The position numbers and the translations under genes were made by a program. A stretch of 64,000 nucleotides of DNA. Origin: Eledone cirrhosa. Taxonomy: Eukaryota. Of the stretch, positions 1-13,254 are shown piece after piece. Where the stretch lies: contig OZ024747.1 of the NCBI GenBank assembly GCA_964016885.1, positions 62,372,001 to 62,436,000 of the forward strand, given 5' to 3'. The notes beneath the pieces are model-generated. The model did no database searches. It was not told the DNA's origin and saw only the letters and a list, made by a program, of their open reading frames with translations. The number at the start of each line of letters is the position of its first letter. Position 1 is the first letter of the stretch.

Positions 1-75
1 TGAACTCAGATCATAAAGGGCTGTAACTCTATGCTGCAAAGCATGTCGTCCGTCCCTCTACCGATACTGCCAATC
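1..75 (-). mobile_element. tRNA-derived SINE, partial (head portion, cut by window edge)
   Basis: Reverse complement of TTGGCAGTATCGGTAGAGGG...CTGAGTTCA (A box/B box head) shared with the other copies. Confidence 0.85.
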
Positions 76-443
76 AATCAATATATATATATATATATAA
101 TAAATGCTGATGTTACAACCGTTCTCATAACAACAACAAATGCATGAATTACATCTTGATTGCATGGGAGAACCGTTGAAATAATTATAATGAATAAACG
201 ATTTATGTAACATCAGCATCTTTATTAATGTTATTATTATACTGAACCTCCATCGTAACTACAAACTACGAATGTTGAGAGCTTTCTCCTGCTTGCTCCT
301 GTTTTTACCAAAACAATCTCTTCGGAACACACACACACATACATATATATATATTAAGAAAAAGAGAGACGGTTTCACAATTTCAATATCAGTTTATAAC
401 ATCACACCTGTTATGTACATTTCGAAGGCATCCATATGTCATT

Positions 444-617
444 TATCGGTAGAGGGTCGGACGCCATGCTTTCCAGCATAGTTACGTCCCTTTACGATCT
501 GAGTTCAAATCCCGCCGAGGTTGACTTTGTCTTTCATCCTTACGGGGTCGATAAAATAAAGTACCAGTAATGCACTGGGTAATTGCTGGCCTTGTGCCTA
601 AAGTAGAAACAATTATT
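444..617 (+). mobile_element. tRNA-derived SINE (dominant ~190 bp family)
   Basis: B box GAGTTCAAATCC, core CTTTCATCCTTACGGGGTCGATAAAATAAAGTACCAG, tail CTTGTGCCTAAAGTAGAAACAATTATT; many near-identical copies in window. Confidence 0.9.
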
Positions 618-1193
618 TAACAATTATCCAATGTGCCATCGTCAGACTGGCGTTTAAATGAAAAACAATGCTTTGATTTCGTTTTTGGTTTTTGATATGA
701 CTACTATCGAAGTGATGTTGACTTTTCAGGTTCTGGAAGGTATTTTGTCTGACACTCTACCGATAATGCCAAACTACCATCTTAGTTACCGGTTAAATGT
801 ATTTATGATTTTTTTTCAATTTAAACGGAAATATGTATATTTGGCATATTTACATATCTAAATATATATATGTATGTAAAAAGTAAACAGAAATAACAAA
901 ACAAACAACACAGTACATCGCAAAAATATATTTTATCACTTGAAAAAACAGGAAAAGAGTCTTAATATACATTTACGCAGTCTCTGTTACCTCTAAACTG
1001 TATATATACAGTTATAACTTTATCATATACATACAGCCACACACACACACATATATATACATATACACACGCCCACATGCATACGCGCGCACACACACGT
1101 ATATATATATGTAAAAGGCAAACAGAAATAACAACACAACCGGTACAGTATATAGAAGGAATATATTAGGTTAACGCTCAAAATAGCAGTGAG

Positions 1194-1258
<65 letters not shown>

Positions 1259-2165
1259 GTAAATGTTGTATTTATGTATGTACGTACATATGTATGTATG
1301 TATTCACGTATGCATGTATATATGTATGTATGTACGTATCTATGTATGTATGTATATATGCATGTATGTACGCATTTATGTATATAATGTATAAAGATGC
1401 AAGTATGCATACGCATGACAGATATCTGAGTGCGATTCTCTTAAAGGGAATAAATATAAGGAAAACAGAGCCAGAAATTGGAGATGGCCGAAAGGCAGTT
1501 ACAACGACGACAGCTCTGTGTAGTAGTTTGGAGAGAAAGCGAGAAACACTGGCGCCGGAAGATTCTTAAGAAATATCCATAGTAAATATCAGATGGACTA
1601 AGGAAATCCTAATGCAATAAAGCATCGTAGAATGCTATTGATTGAGTATTGAATTGCTTTCATCCCACAAGTCTCTTGGAGAGAAAGAGATTTTTTCTCA
1701 AATCAAGTTTGCCACCATTTAATGAAATTATTCACTCGGAAGCTGAAAATTGCTGAAATTAACGCGAAACTATTTGTTGAAGACTTGCACTATAATAAGG
1801 CTACGAATTAATAGAATCGTTAGGCTGTCGCATAGAATACTTTGCAGTATTCGTTCCAGTTCTGTGCGCTTTGTGTTCAAATATCACCGACGTCCATTTT
1901 GTCTGTTATTCTTTTGCAGTCGGTCAAAAATTACCAATCCAGTACAAGGATCTTTTGTTACTATCTAATATATGTCTTATTTCTCCCTCTCTTTCATTCT
2001 CTTTCTTGCCTTGGAAGAAATAGGCTTTGATCAGACTTAGAGAAGGTTTAACTCAGCCATGTTTAAATTGTCTAAGATGTCACAACGGTGCCTCTAGGAC
2101 ATCATCAGGGTTACGAATCCATGGCATATCATGTAGTTTAAATATCTGAGGAAACATACTTACGT

Positions 2166-2410
2166 TTGGTAAAGTCGTGTAATTTTGTAAGCATGCTTTA
2201 ATATGGTAAAATTGTGTAATTTTGTAAGCATGCTTGTTTGGTCAAGTGGTGTAGTTTTGTAAGCATGGTTTTATTTGATAAAATCGTGTAATTTTCTTAG
2301 CATGGTAAAGTGGCATAGTTTTTTTAGCATGCTATAATTTGGTAAAGTGGTGTAGTTTTCTAAGTAAACATCCCTATGTATAGTGAACTCGTGTAGTTTT
2401 CTAAGTAAAC
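2166..2410. repeat. Degenerate ~35-40 bp tandem repeat (TTTGGTAAAGTCGTGTAATTTTGTAAGCATG-like), ~7 units
   Basis: Recurrent GGTAAA-GTGTARTTTT-TAAGCATG motif seen directly. Confidence 0.7.
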
Positions 2411-3819
2411 ACTCTAATGATTGCGTTCAGATTAAATCCATGTTTTCTGGTAAAACTAATTAGATTTTTTTAAATAAAAAAAAAACCCATTTAACTGTGT
2501 AGTAGGCTGAACGTTGAAAATCAATTTAAAATATTCAATTGAAATTGAAGGAGGAAAATTAGCAGAAATTTGAAGAGCCTTGTTGAGAACCTTGATTTAG
2601 TTTATACATGTCATACACACAGGTATGCATACACACACACGTATACACACACACGCACACACACATCGCTATCTTCAATTCGGTGTTCATATCTACCCTT
2701 ACCTATGGTCATATCATCATCAACATTTTACATTCGCCTTCTATACTGGCATAGGTTGAATGGTGTGTCATGGTCCGAGTCTAGACAATTCTGGAGAGAC
2801 CTCATACGTTCTATATTTGGTATATATATATATCTGGATAGAAGCAGTTTAAAACTAGGTAGACCATTACACAACAAAATACTCGAAACTTGGTGTAGTA
2901 GAGTATGGTTATGTTATGGTTATATTATAAAAAGTCGGGTCCCAACGGCTGAGCTTTTGTCGTGTCAACCGCTAGTTCCGGGCTCCAGCTATTGAAACAG
3001 CAAGAATCAGCCGTCGAAACCCGATTCTTTATTATATATATATATATATATATGAAACACAAATTTAGATAATTTTGAAAACGAAACAATGCAATAGAAA
3101 GAAAATTAAATCGCCAAGATAACAAAAGAATCTTACCTTAGCAAATTTAATAATCCCAAATATTTTCGGGTTTAAAAAACCATTATCAAGGGAGTAACCC
3201 TATGAGAGACTTAAAAATCGATCAGAGTTGACTTGCTTATAGAAAAGGGGAAAGAAAATTCGACATCCCTGTTCTTCTTCAGGAGTACAAAAATAGAGAA
3301 AAGATCACAAAGGATACATATATATAAGCTAGGTATATGTCACAATTGAAGTCAAAGATCTATATAGGCGAACGAAAATGTTAAAACGGTGCTCCAGAAT
3401 GAACGCAGTCTAATGATTGAAGCCAGTAAAAGAATGAAAGAGTATACAAAAAAAAAAAAAAACCGAAGAAAAAATACATTTTACCAGTATATGCAAAATT
3501 TCGATAAGAAAGTTAAAATATTTATTTCTTGTTGAAGACCGATAAAAAAAAAGCCCAGAAAAAATATGGAAGCAAGTTTCCACATTTCAAATGACAGAAT
3601 TTAAATAGAAAAAAATTACACCTGAGAATAAAAGATGTCAAAAATAAAAACAAACAAACAAACAAAAAATCATCTTCGTGTTAAGATATTTTATGTCAGT
3701 TTATCTGATTTCACTACAAAATGACTTTCTCGAATATATTCAAGTCTATATCAAAGCATGTATGTATTTATGTATGTATGTATTTATGTATGTATGTATG
3801 TATGTTTGTATGTTCTTCT

Positions 3820-6800
3820 GGTTTTATAATTTCACAAAGTTTTACCAATAGAGAGAGAGTCGGTTTCTAACATAGGCACAAGACTCTCTCATTGGAATTT
3901 ACACAACATCAACTAGATAGGTATGTATGTATGCATGCATGTGTAGATATGGATGTTATTGTATGTGTGGATGTGTATGTGTGGATGTGTATGTTTTGAG
4001 TTGTATGTGTGCATGTGTATATGCTTTGTATCTGTACATGTGTATATGCAGTTATTAGATGCAAAATGTTTGGAAGGTTTTACATATTTTTACTGTTCCA
4101 TTAATGGATTGTACTTGTAATTTCCTAACAAGTTGTGTTCTTTCTGTTCCTGTGAAGCCTATCTTCTCAAGATTTGTATTGAGGCAGTTACTAACATATC
4201 CCAGTGCCCCAATAATCACAGGCAGAAATTTGAAGGTGTAATCAGGGTGGAGTATCTGCAGATTTCTCATCTGCATAAATATTCTCCTTTTCACTAATCT
4301 TTGATATTATATTGGCATCTGCTGGGCAGCTAATTTCCACTACTGTGCATGTTTTCTTCTCCCTGTCCCATATCATAATATCTGGTCTGTTACGCCTGCA
4401 TTTTATTGGGGTTTTTACTAGAACATTCCACCAGTCCTCTTTCATATTATGTACATGGATGTCTTCCACATTGTTGTAGCTTTTAATGTGTTTATTATCG
4501 GGGCTATCTTTTTTACGAACTGCATGGTACAGTGTTTTGGCCACGACATCATGCCTCATAGGTAGATAGTAGCGCGATGACATCTTTGGACAGCTGCTGA
4601 TGACATGGGTGATATCCTTGATGTTAGTTCTGCAGAGTCTGCACTTGTTATCACATCTAAGTGTTTTGCCTGCATCCCTATCTTTTTTGTGAATCAGGTA
4701 TTTCGTGCTAATCTACTGTTCCTGGATTGCAAAAGCGTATCCTTCAAAGTGGGAGCCAATATAGCGGTTGTTGGTCCAAGATAGACTACTTTCCTTATCT
4801 ATATTACTCTCACTCTGGAGCTTCCTGGCAACATATCCATGCATTGAATTTTTGCTGATAGGCACGCAGTTTTTCATCCATGGATTCACTGCGATACTGC
4901 TGAGCGACATCCCTGGGTGTGAGTTTTGATTATCACACAGGGAATATCTCTCAAGGAGTTCCTTCCCAACTCTCATGATCTTATCTGTTTCATGCAGATA
5001 GACTTGCTCGAGAAACGGGCTCCTACGCTTCGAGGTTCGTAGATGTTGTCGGAGAGATATGATGCAACATTCAAATGTTGTCTGGACTGATGTTAGGCCT
5101 CTGCCTCCCTGATTACGTTTCAAGTAAAGTCAGTCTATGTCACTGTTGATGTGGAAGTTTCCGGTGTTGTTTAGTATTCTTCGAGTTCTAACATCAACTG
5201 CTCGGATTTCGTCTATCGTCCAATTGAGTATTCCAAACGTTGGTGTTAGGACAGGCACAGCAAACACAGTGTGAGCCACTGTTTTGTTTTGCGCAGAGAG
5301 TTCCGATGACCAGATCTTTCTTAATCGGGTGTAGTATTCCCTGGTTACGCGTTCTTTATTACAGATACCATTATAGGATATGTTCTCATCTATCCCCAGG
5401 TATCTGTAGCAGTCCTCATCAGATATCGGTGAAACAATTAGGCCATTGATCACGATGTTGCTAGATTGAGTTGTTGTTTTCCCCCGCTTTACAGTCATAT
5501 ATGAGCATTTATCTTGGCCAAACTCCATTCCTATATCCTTTGAGAACGTTGTAACCAGGTCAAGATTTTTCTTCATCCCATCCATGTTCTTGGCATAGAG
5601 TTTCAGATCGTCCACAAAGAAATTATGGGTTAGGTTCGTATTTCTGTCCTCCTGTGAGCCAATGATGTATCTCTCACATTTCTTGAGCAGAAAGGACAAG
5701 GGGTTTAATGACAAGATGAATAATATCACAGAGAGACTGTCCCCCTGAAATATACCCCTGCAATATTTTATTTTATCAGTGAAAATAGAGTCCTCCCTCT
5801 CTGTCTTTAACCTTAGGATAGTAGTCCAAGAAGAAGACAGCCTCTCTATGGCTCTGACAATAATGTCTGGGACTTTAGCAAGTTGGAGGGCCTCTATCAT
5901 CCAAGAGTGGGGAACAGAATCGAAAGCTTTCCTGTAGTCCAGCCAGACTGTAGTCTTATTCCTCCTAAGTTGTCGCACCTCCGACATCGCAGTTTTGTTG
6001 ATTAGGACTTGTTCAGCACATCCCCAAACCCCTTTCTTTCCAGCTGCTTGTTCATCTGTGATGATGTTATTATTTTCACAGTGATCTTGGAGGAATAGGT
6101 TCAGGCAGGCTGTATACATCTTATACATCAGGTTCTGGCATGCAATGGGTCGGTAGTTTTTTGCCAAGTGGGTGTCTTTGTTCTTGGGGACCAGTAACGT
6201 TTGTGCTAATGTCAACCATTCTGGTATAAGTGTATCTCCCTTAAGAACTTGTTGGTAGAGGTCAGTAAGATACCTCCGATAGAATATTAGTTTTTGTACC
6301 AGTAGCCGACAATCATATCTCTTCCTGGTGTTTTCTTATCTTGGAGTTTTCCTATCACAGTCTCAAGGGTACCCTCACTTATTTCGTATGTTTTTGTTGT
6401 AGTGTAGGAGCAATAGTTCTTTCGGATTTCTCTTAGCCACACTGCATCTTGGTTGAAATTCTTCTTTTCACCCCATATTTTTCTCCAAAAGGAATCTTCT
6501 TTCTGGGATGGGGCCTCAGTGACACTTATTATTTTGCCCTTCATATCTCTATAGACTGATGTTTGGTTTCGTCTGATTCTTTTATTAAGCACTTTTCTCT
6601 CATTTACCTTCTTCAGGTATCGGCGTTTTTCGCTAATAGCTCTCAATTCTTGTTTGAGGGTGATCAGCTTATATTGGAGAGTTCTGGTTCTACTGTTACC
6701 AAACATCGTCTCTATTTTATTTTTCACTCTTTGTTGGTGAGGAGTGAGGTTTTTTTTGTGTTTGTTTGCATGTAAGGAGCATTGTCACATGTCTTATGTT

Positions 6801-7498
6801 TTTTCGTAGGTCAGCAATCTTTTTTTCTATTTTAGTTATATATGATGGTATTTTTGGTGGTGTTTTGTTCTTGTTAATATCTCTGCTATCACCAAGATAA
6901 TGCTTCACTGTCATTGCTAAGGCATATAAACAGGCGTCAATAACACGTAGTATTTCATTATTTGTTTTTTTTATTCACCATTGTTGTTTTAACACGTTCA
7001 GCAAGAGAGATATTTATACATGAATTAATTTCTCTCTTGAAGACTTCATTGAGGGAAATTTTCAATTGTTTATACTTTTGATTATCATTATCGATAGTAT
7101 TTTCCACAACAGCTGAGGTAGACTCGGATGGTACACGTGGTGTCACATTTATTCGATTATTATTATTATCGATAGTGTTTTCCCCAGCATTCGAGGTAGA
7201 CTTAGATGGTACAGGTGGTGTCAAGTCTCTTACAGGTATAGTTGTTTCAAGGCGCTGTTCGACCTGGCTGCTAGGAAGTCTAGTAGCATGGCGACCTGTA
7301 GCACGTATTGTTGATAACATGTTTGTTGTTGGGGACTTACAATTAATAATATGTATCTTATTTTTACGTTCAACAAACGTCGCTTCTTGGCGTAATTGTT
7401 TCGCTGTGAAATAATTTAGCTCTGGGTGCATTTCTTCCCAGTGTAGCTTCATTCTATTCATATAGCCAATGGAGGGATTGTTTTTTTGCCATTTTGCC

Positions 7499-7499
<1 letters not shown>
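3820..7499 (-). mobile_element. R4/Dong-like non-LTR retrotransposon (family A), near full ORF, frameshifted, 5'-truncated
   Basis: Collinear minus-strand ORF fragments: NYRPIACQN, WLDYRKAFDSVPH, GIFQGDSLS, FFVDDLKL, YRYLG (RT); CxxC...H...C zinc knuckle near 4590-4655; NRPDIMIWD..VVEISCP (RLE); flanked on both sides by (TATG)n. Confidence 0.92.
5130..6215 (-). pseudogene. Reverse transcriptase domain of family A element (361-aa open segment)
   Basis: All non-LTR RT motifs present, including FVDD; adjacent parts of the ORF are broken by stops/frameshifts. Confidence 0.9.
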
Positions 7500-7529
<30 letters not shown>

Positions 7530-7574
7530 TGTATGTATGTATGTATGTATGTATGTATGTATGTATGTGTATGA

Positions 7575-7618
<44 letters not shown>

Positions 7619-7964
7619 GTATGTGTGTACATACGTGCATATGTATGTATCTGTGTATGTGTGAATGCATATATGTAGTTATATATGCATGCATGTATGT
7701 ATATATGCATACATGTATGAATGTAGGTATGTTTGTTTGTATGTATGCATGTTTGTATGCGTCTTTTTCTATGTATGTATTGCGTGTGAATAGGTATGTT
7801 TTATTATATACATGTGTGCCCACACACGTATTTGTGTATGTATGTATGGGCATTCTTCTAGGAGAAGGTAACTCAGAGAATGGGATTGGCTCAGTGCACA
7901 GTCTTTCCTCACTTCAAAAAAAATGTTCACGCACAGGCATTGCACGATAGCATTAATTAATAAG

Positions 7965-8140
7965 GGCGGGGGGTTGGCAGTATCAGTAGAAGGTCGGACG
8001 CCATGCTTTCCAGCATAGTTACGTCCCTTTACGGTCTGAGTTCAAATCCCGCCAAGGTTAACTTTCATCCTTACGGGGTAGATAAAATAAAGTACCAGTA
8101 ATGTACTGGGTAGTTGCTGGCCTTGTGCCAAAAGTAGAAA
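7965..8140 (+). mobile_element. tRNA-derived SINE nested in a hairpin-bearing host repeat (7848-8200)
   Basis: Full head-core-tail; flanks CATTGCACGATA / TATCGTGCAATG form an inverted repeat. Confidence 0.88.
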
Positions 8141-8529
8141 TTAATTAATAATGTTATATCGTGCAATGACGATACTCGATAACGAGGGGGCAGCCATCAT
8201 GTTTATAAATATGTAGCGAAATTATCACAGTCATCCATCTATGGGTAGGGAACGCAAATTAGAATAGCTATGACAATATGGATGGCAATAGCTATGATGA
8301 AACCTACGAGTATTTAAGCCAAGAGGCAACTAAAACCTTCTTTCTCTGTTCTCCCTCAGACACAGGACCGAGACTTTCATGTGGCACACACCCCTTAGTA
8401 GTTGGGGCCGTCATCACCCATATTAATAAATCTGCTATCAAGGCAATATCTTATCTTAAACCACATCTTCACATTCTAACCTTCCCTCATTCCTGCTTCT
8501 CCCACAACGCCCCCATTTGCTCATAATAA

Positions 8530-9175
8530 TTGTTTCTACTTTAGGCACAAGGCCAGCAATTACCAGTACATTACTGGTACTTTATTTTATCGACCCCGTA
8601 AGGATGAAAGGCAAAGTCAACCTCGGCGGGATTTGAACTCAGACCGTAAAGGGCCGTAACTATGCTGGAAAGCAAGGCGTCCGACCCTCTACCGATACTG
8701 CCAACCCACCGCCCATTTGCTCATAATAATGATTTCTTATATAAGGCACAAGGCCAGCAATTTTGGGACAGGGGAAAGTCGATTAAATCGACCCCAGTGC
8801 GTGACTGGTACTTTATTTTATCGACCCCGTAAGGATGAAACGCAAAGTTAACCTTGACGGGATTTGAGGTTAACTTTGCCTTACGGGGTCGATAAAATAA
8901 AGTACCAGGCAGGCGCTGGGGTCGATTTAATCGACTTTCCCCTCCCCACAAATTGCTGGCCTTGTGCCTATATAAGAAACCATGGATTGGCAGTATCGGT
9001 AGAGGGTCGGACGTCATGCTTTGACGCATAGAGTTACGGCCCTTGCCATTCTGAGTTCAAATCCCGTCGAGGTTAACTTTGCCTTTCATCCTTACGGGGT
9101 CGATAAAATAAAGTACCAGTAATGCACTGATGTAATTGCTGGCCTTGTGCCAAAAAGTAGAAACAATTATTATTA
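8530..9175. mobile_element. SINE cluster: minus copy (8530-8714), inverted pair of SINE 3' halves (8731-8980), plus copy (8983-9175)
   Basis: Direct similarity to family consensus; 17-bp duplication CATTTGCTCATAATAAT around first copy. Confidence 0.88.
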
Positions 9176-10034
9176 TTACAGTCCATATATACTACATACA
9201 AACACATATATACATACATATATATACACATATATATATATATATATATATGTGTTTTTATGTAGTATATATGGACTGTAGTTACATTTACATATAGGGA
9301 AGTGAATATGTGAGCCAGCATGCCCCCCCCCACTTCCTCTCCCAGACCAATATCAACAATACATTTTTGACAAATATTCCCAAACTATCCTTCTTTTCTC
9401 TTTTTCCTGTCATCCCATTCTTATCAAAAGACATGTATCTTACACCTCATTAAAACCCAGACAAGCACCTAAATTCATCTTTGATATAGAAATCTGTAGA
9501 AGATATTCTTTATGGATTTGGAAGAGTTGATTCAGCTATGCCATTATATACTCACCAAAGGTCAGCTAATGAAATAAAACCAGCAGGAGAGTAGGTTTAT
9601 GACTACCTTCTCAAACACCCTTATCTTACAATCTCACCACACAGAGAGAGAGAGAGAGAGAAAGAGAAAGAGAAAGAGAGAGAGAGAATATATATATATA
9701 TATACTTTAATTCCTCAGGACCTTCATCATCATCAACACTCATTAACACCACACACCACACACCAGACACATCCAAATCTCTCTCTTATATATTTCAACA
9801 CAACCTGATCTCAGTTTGACAATCGCCACAGACAGACGAATGCGAGAAAGTTCTCCAACCCAAGTTAACCAGGAATCTCTAAATTTCTTCCTACCGAAGT
9901 TAACAAAGAACTTACTGGATCTACCAACTCATAATATTATATTATATAACATTAAATCATAAAAACTTTTTAACACTACAAGTGAAGTCATTCTTTTCCT
10001 TTCTTTTTTTTTTTTAAATATATATATATATATT

Positions 10035-10095
<61 letters not shown>

Positions 10096-10456
10096 CAGTT
10101 CCATTAATGGCTTTTAATTGTAATCTCTTAATTAGTAGCATCTCAGTATTGGTGCTGAGACAGACAGTTACATAATCAAGATTCCCAATAATCAATAAAT
10201 AACAGTTATTGATCTAAAGTTATATATACAAATGTCATATCTGTAGCTTTCTCATTACTCCAGTATAGGTGTTTCCTTCATTTTTCATCATCACCAATTG
10301 AGTAAACATCTGCTAGTGTAATGAGTTCTACGACCATGCATACTTTCTTATGTCTCTTATCATTATGTCGGGCCTGTTGTCATTTCAATTTACAGAGATA
10401 TCGACAGGAACATTACATCACTATATTTCATCTTATGAGTGCGATATACTCTACAT

Positions 10457-11105
10457 CAGTGCTTCTCAAAGTGGTGGTCCGCGGACCGGTGCCGGTACGC
10501 GAGCCATCAGCTACCGGTACGCGGCCAGTGTCGAGGCCATGCTAAGGAATCATTTGAGGAATTGGTTATTAAGATAAAGTAGAGGAATAATATGGATATT
10601 CATTCTCCATTGCGCGTGGCACTGTCCTCAATTGAACCACGACTGGATAAACTGACAAAGAAGAATCAAGCTCACCTTTCACACTAGTAAAGATTAAGGT
10701 TATTTAATTTTTATTTTTGTGTTAATGAACTGCTTGTTATTTTTTTTATTACTTCTTTATATGTTTTGATATTGTATTATTTGTTTACAAAATAAATAGA
10801 AGATAAAAAAATGGTCAACTTTTATTATATTCTCGGTACATCTACATATGTATACGTGTGTGTATTCATATGCATACTAGTATTTCAGTATACATATGTG
10901 GATGTACATTTTTAACTTAATTGTTTAAGCGTCAGTCATACAAAAGTGAGTTACAAACGAAACGAAATTTAATTTCGTTTCGTTATTTGATTTTATATAT
11001 ATATCGTTTCCGGTATAAATTAATATTACTACGAAATATTAGCGGTTCGTGGCACATTGAAAAAAAAATGCCGGTCCGCCACATCAGATAGTTTGAGAAG
11101 CACTG
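10457..11105. mobile_element. Non-autonomous hAT (Charlie-type) DNA transposon / MITE
   Basis: 14-bp TIRs CAGTGCTTCTCAAA / TTTGAGAAGCACTG, subterminal CCGGTMCGC repeats; 8-bp flanks CTCTACAT and GTGTAGAT fit the NTNTANAN pattern but are not identical. Confidence 0.8.
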
Positions 11106-11153
11106 GTGTAGATCATTGTAACATCTTATACTCCATGATTCTTCTATTTCTTT

Positions 11154-11230
<77 letters not shown>

Positions 11231-11232
<2 letters not shown>

Positions 11233-11384
11233 AATAGGGTGTGGTGAGATACCAGGTGGACCATAACGCACCAGAGTACTCAATATTTAGGGTAGTAGAG
11301 TGGGTAATAGGAAAAGTGTCAGGACCCCGATGGCTGAGCTCCGGCCGTTTCGCAGCTGTCGCATCTAGCTGTCGAAACGGCCGG

Positions 11385-11386
<2 letters not shown>
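11231..11386. mobile_element. Short (TA)n-embedded element with terminal fold-back (related to 17303-17497, 25411-25520, 2925-3035)
   Basis: Shared ACCAGGTGGACCATAACGCACCA...GACCCCGAYRGCTGAGCTC..GCCGTTTCG; probably a Penelope-type terminal repeat fragment. Confidence 0.6.
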
Positions 11387-11423
<37 letters not shown>

Positions 11424-11522
11424 GGATTTCGCTTCAAGCATAGCTTTATACAATATGTATAAATATTTCGTATCTCCAAAGAAATACAGGGGGGAAAAGT
11501 ATATATTCTCAGCTGTCTTCTA

Positions 11523-11616
11523 GTCCAGCAGTCGCAAGCGGTGGGAGGGACCGTCCTGACGAAGGCCAGTTAAGCCTGAAATGCATAGACGGTTGTCCCC
11601 CTTGCTTCTGCTGGAC
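11523..11616 (+). ncRNA. Type I hammerhead ribozyme with extended stem I
   Basis: ACCGTC-CTGACGA-AGGC(CAGTTAA)GCCT-GAAA-TGCA-TA-GACGGT; outer pairings GGGA/TCCC, GCAAG/CTTGC, GTCCAGCAG/CTGCTGGAC. Confidence 0.85.
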
Positions 11617-11727
11617 ATCACCAGAGGGCGTTAGACCCCCGGTGTTTGGATAGCTACGGCTTCCTAAAACTGTATTTCTTTGGAGATACGAAATATTTAT
11701 ACATACATATATATATATATAAGCAGA

Positions 11728-11818
<91 letters not shown>

Positions 11819-12560
11819 TTAGTTCAACTCGAGTTGAGAATCCGTTGGTTGACACGCGCGTCCTTGAGTATGGTTTACTAATTTGTTGTGGAAGTAACTT
11901 TATAACGAACACGTCCTATGGACTGAGTGCTCTACTTACTATGGATATAACCTCCCAGTGTTCTACCATTATATATATATATATATTAGGGAAAACGATG
12001 TGGTTTCGTTTACTTGTATTTAGATTTTTTTGTATCGACCTTGTACGCGCGTTTCACAGAGGCTTGGCTCGGGGTCACCCAAAAAGGTTACCGACCCAAC
12101 TCCATCATCGATCTACTCTTCTGCCTGTGCATTGAATGCTCGTTTTGGTACCACAACCACTAATCCCACACACTACCGATCGTGTTGTTATTTCTGTTTA
12201 CCTTTTACATTATATATATATATATATACTTCGTTTTCGTATTTGTTTTGCAAGGTTTCTTATCTGAAAACGTTTGTTGAAAAAGATATTGTTATACTTT
12301 GGTCGGGTCATGCTGTCATGTAAAAAAACACGCACCTCGGATTTCAGTTCAATTTAATATAAACTTCCAGTTTAATAACCGGGTCGTTGTTTATTAGTTT
12401 ATTGTAAAAGAACTTTCGTCACACATTCTGTGACCTCCTCGTTTTTGTGAGCTGTGTACTTGGGGTGCACATGTGTTGCTTCAGGGTATGTGTGTGTGTG
12501 TTTTTATTCATTTATTTATAAGCTTATTTACCTGTCACACACACACACACACACACACAT

Positions 12561-12603
<43 letters not shown>

Positions 12604-12717
12604 TACCAACACACATACAAATGGGAACAATTTATATTTAAACAGATATTTATATTCAGGGTAACGTGTGTGTGAGGTGGGAGAGACACTGTCGATGTGT
12701 ATATGTAAATGTATATG

Positions 12718-12789
<72 letters not shown>

Positions 12790-13070
12790 GTATGTGTGTA
12801 TGAAGTTGTATAATTCATCAACCCACTTTTTCGCAAAAAAACAATTTATTTCCTCTTACTTTGTTTCACATGATACGTTTTCCTCTTATTAATAATCTCA
12901 TACATATTCATAAGATTTGTATGCAAATCATGAACATTATTTTTAACAAACGATGAATGCATATTTTCCTCTATATTTTTGAAATTTTATTTATTAACAT
13001 AAAACGCACACACACACACACACACGTGTATACACACATACACACATAGGTATATATAATATGTGTATGG

Positions 13071-13125
<55 letters not shown>

Positions 13126-13223
13126 ATATATATATATATATATATAGTTGAAGGAAACGACAAAACAGAGATACAAAAAGTCTTATTAGTTTCAAGCTTT
13201 ATATGGAAAAGTGGAAAGAAAGT

Positions 13224-13254
<31 letters not shown>

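Noticed and set aside
6958-7710. 250-aa ORF as a real N-terminus
   Set aside because: First ~70 codons are microsatellite; only the part below 7500 belongs to the retroelement
9330-9950. Possible decayed LTR-retrotransposon/integrase fragment
   Set aside because: No recognisable motif could be read confidently
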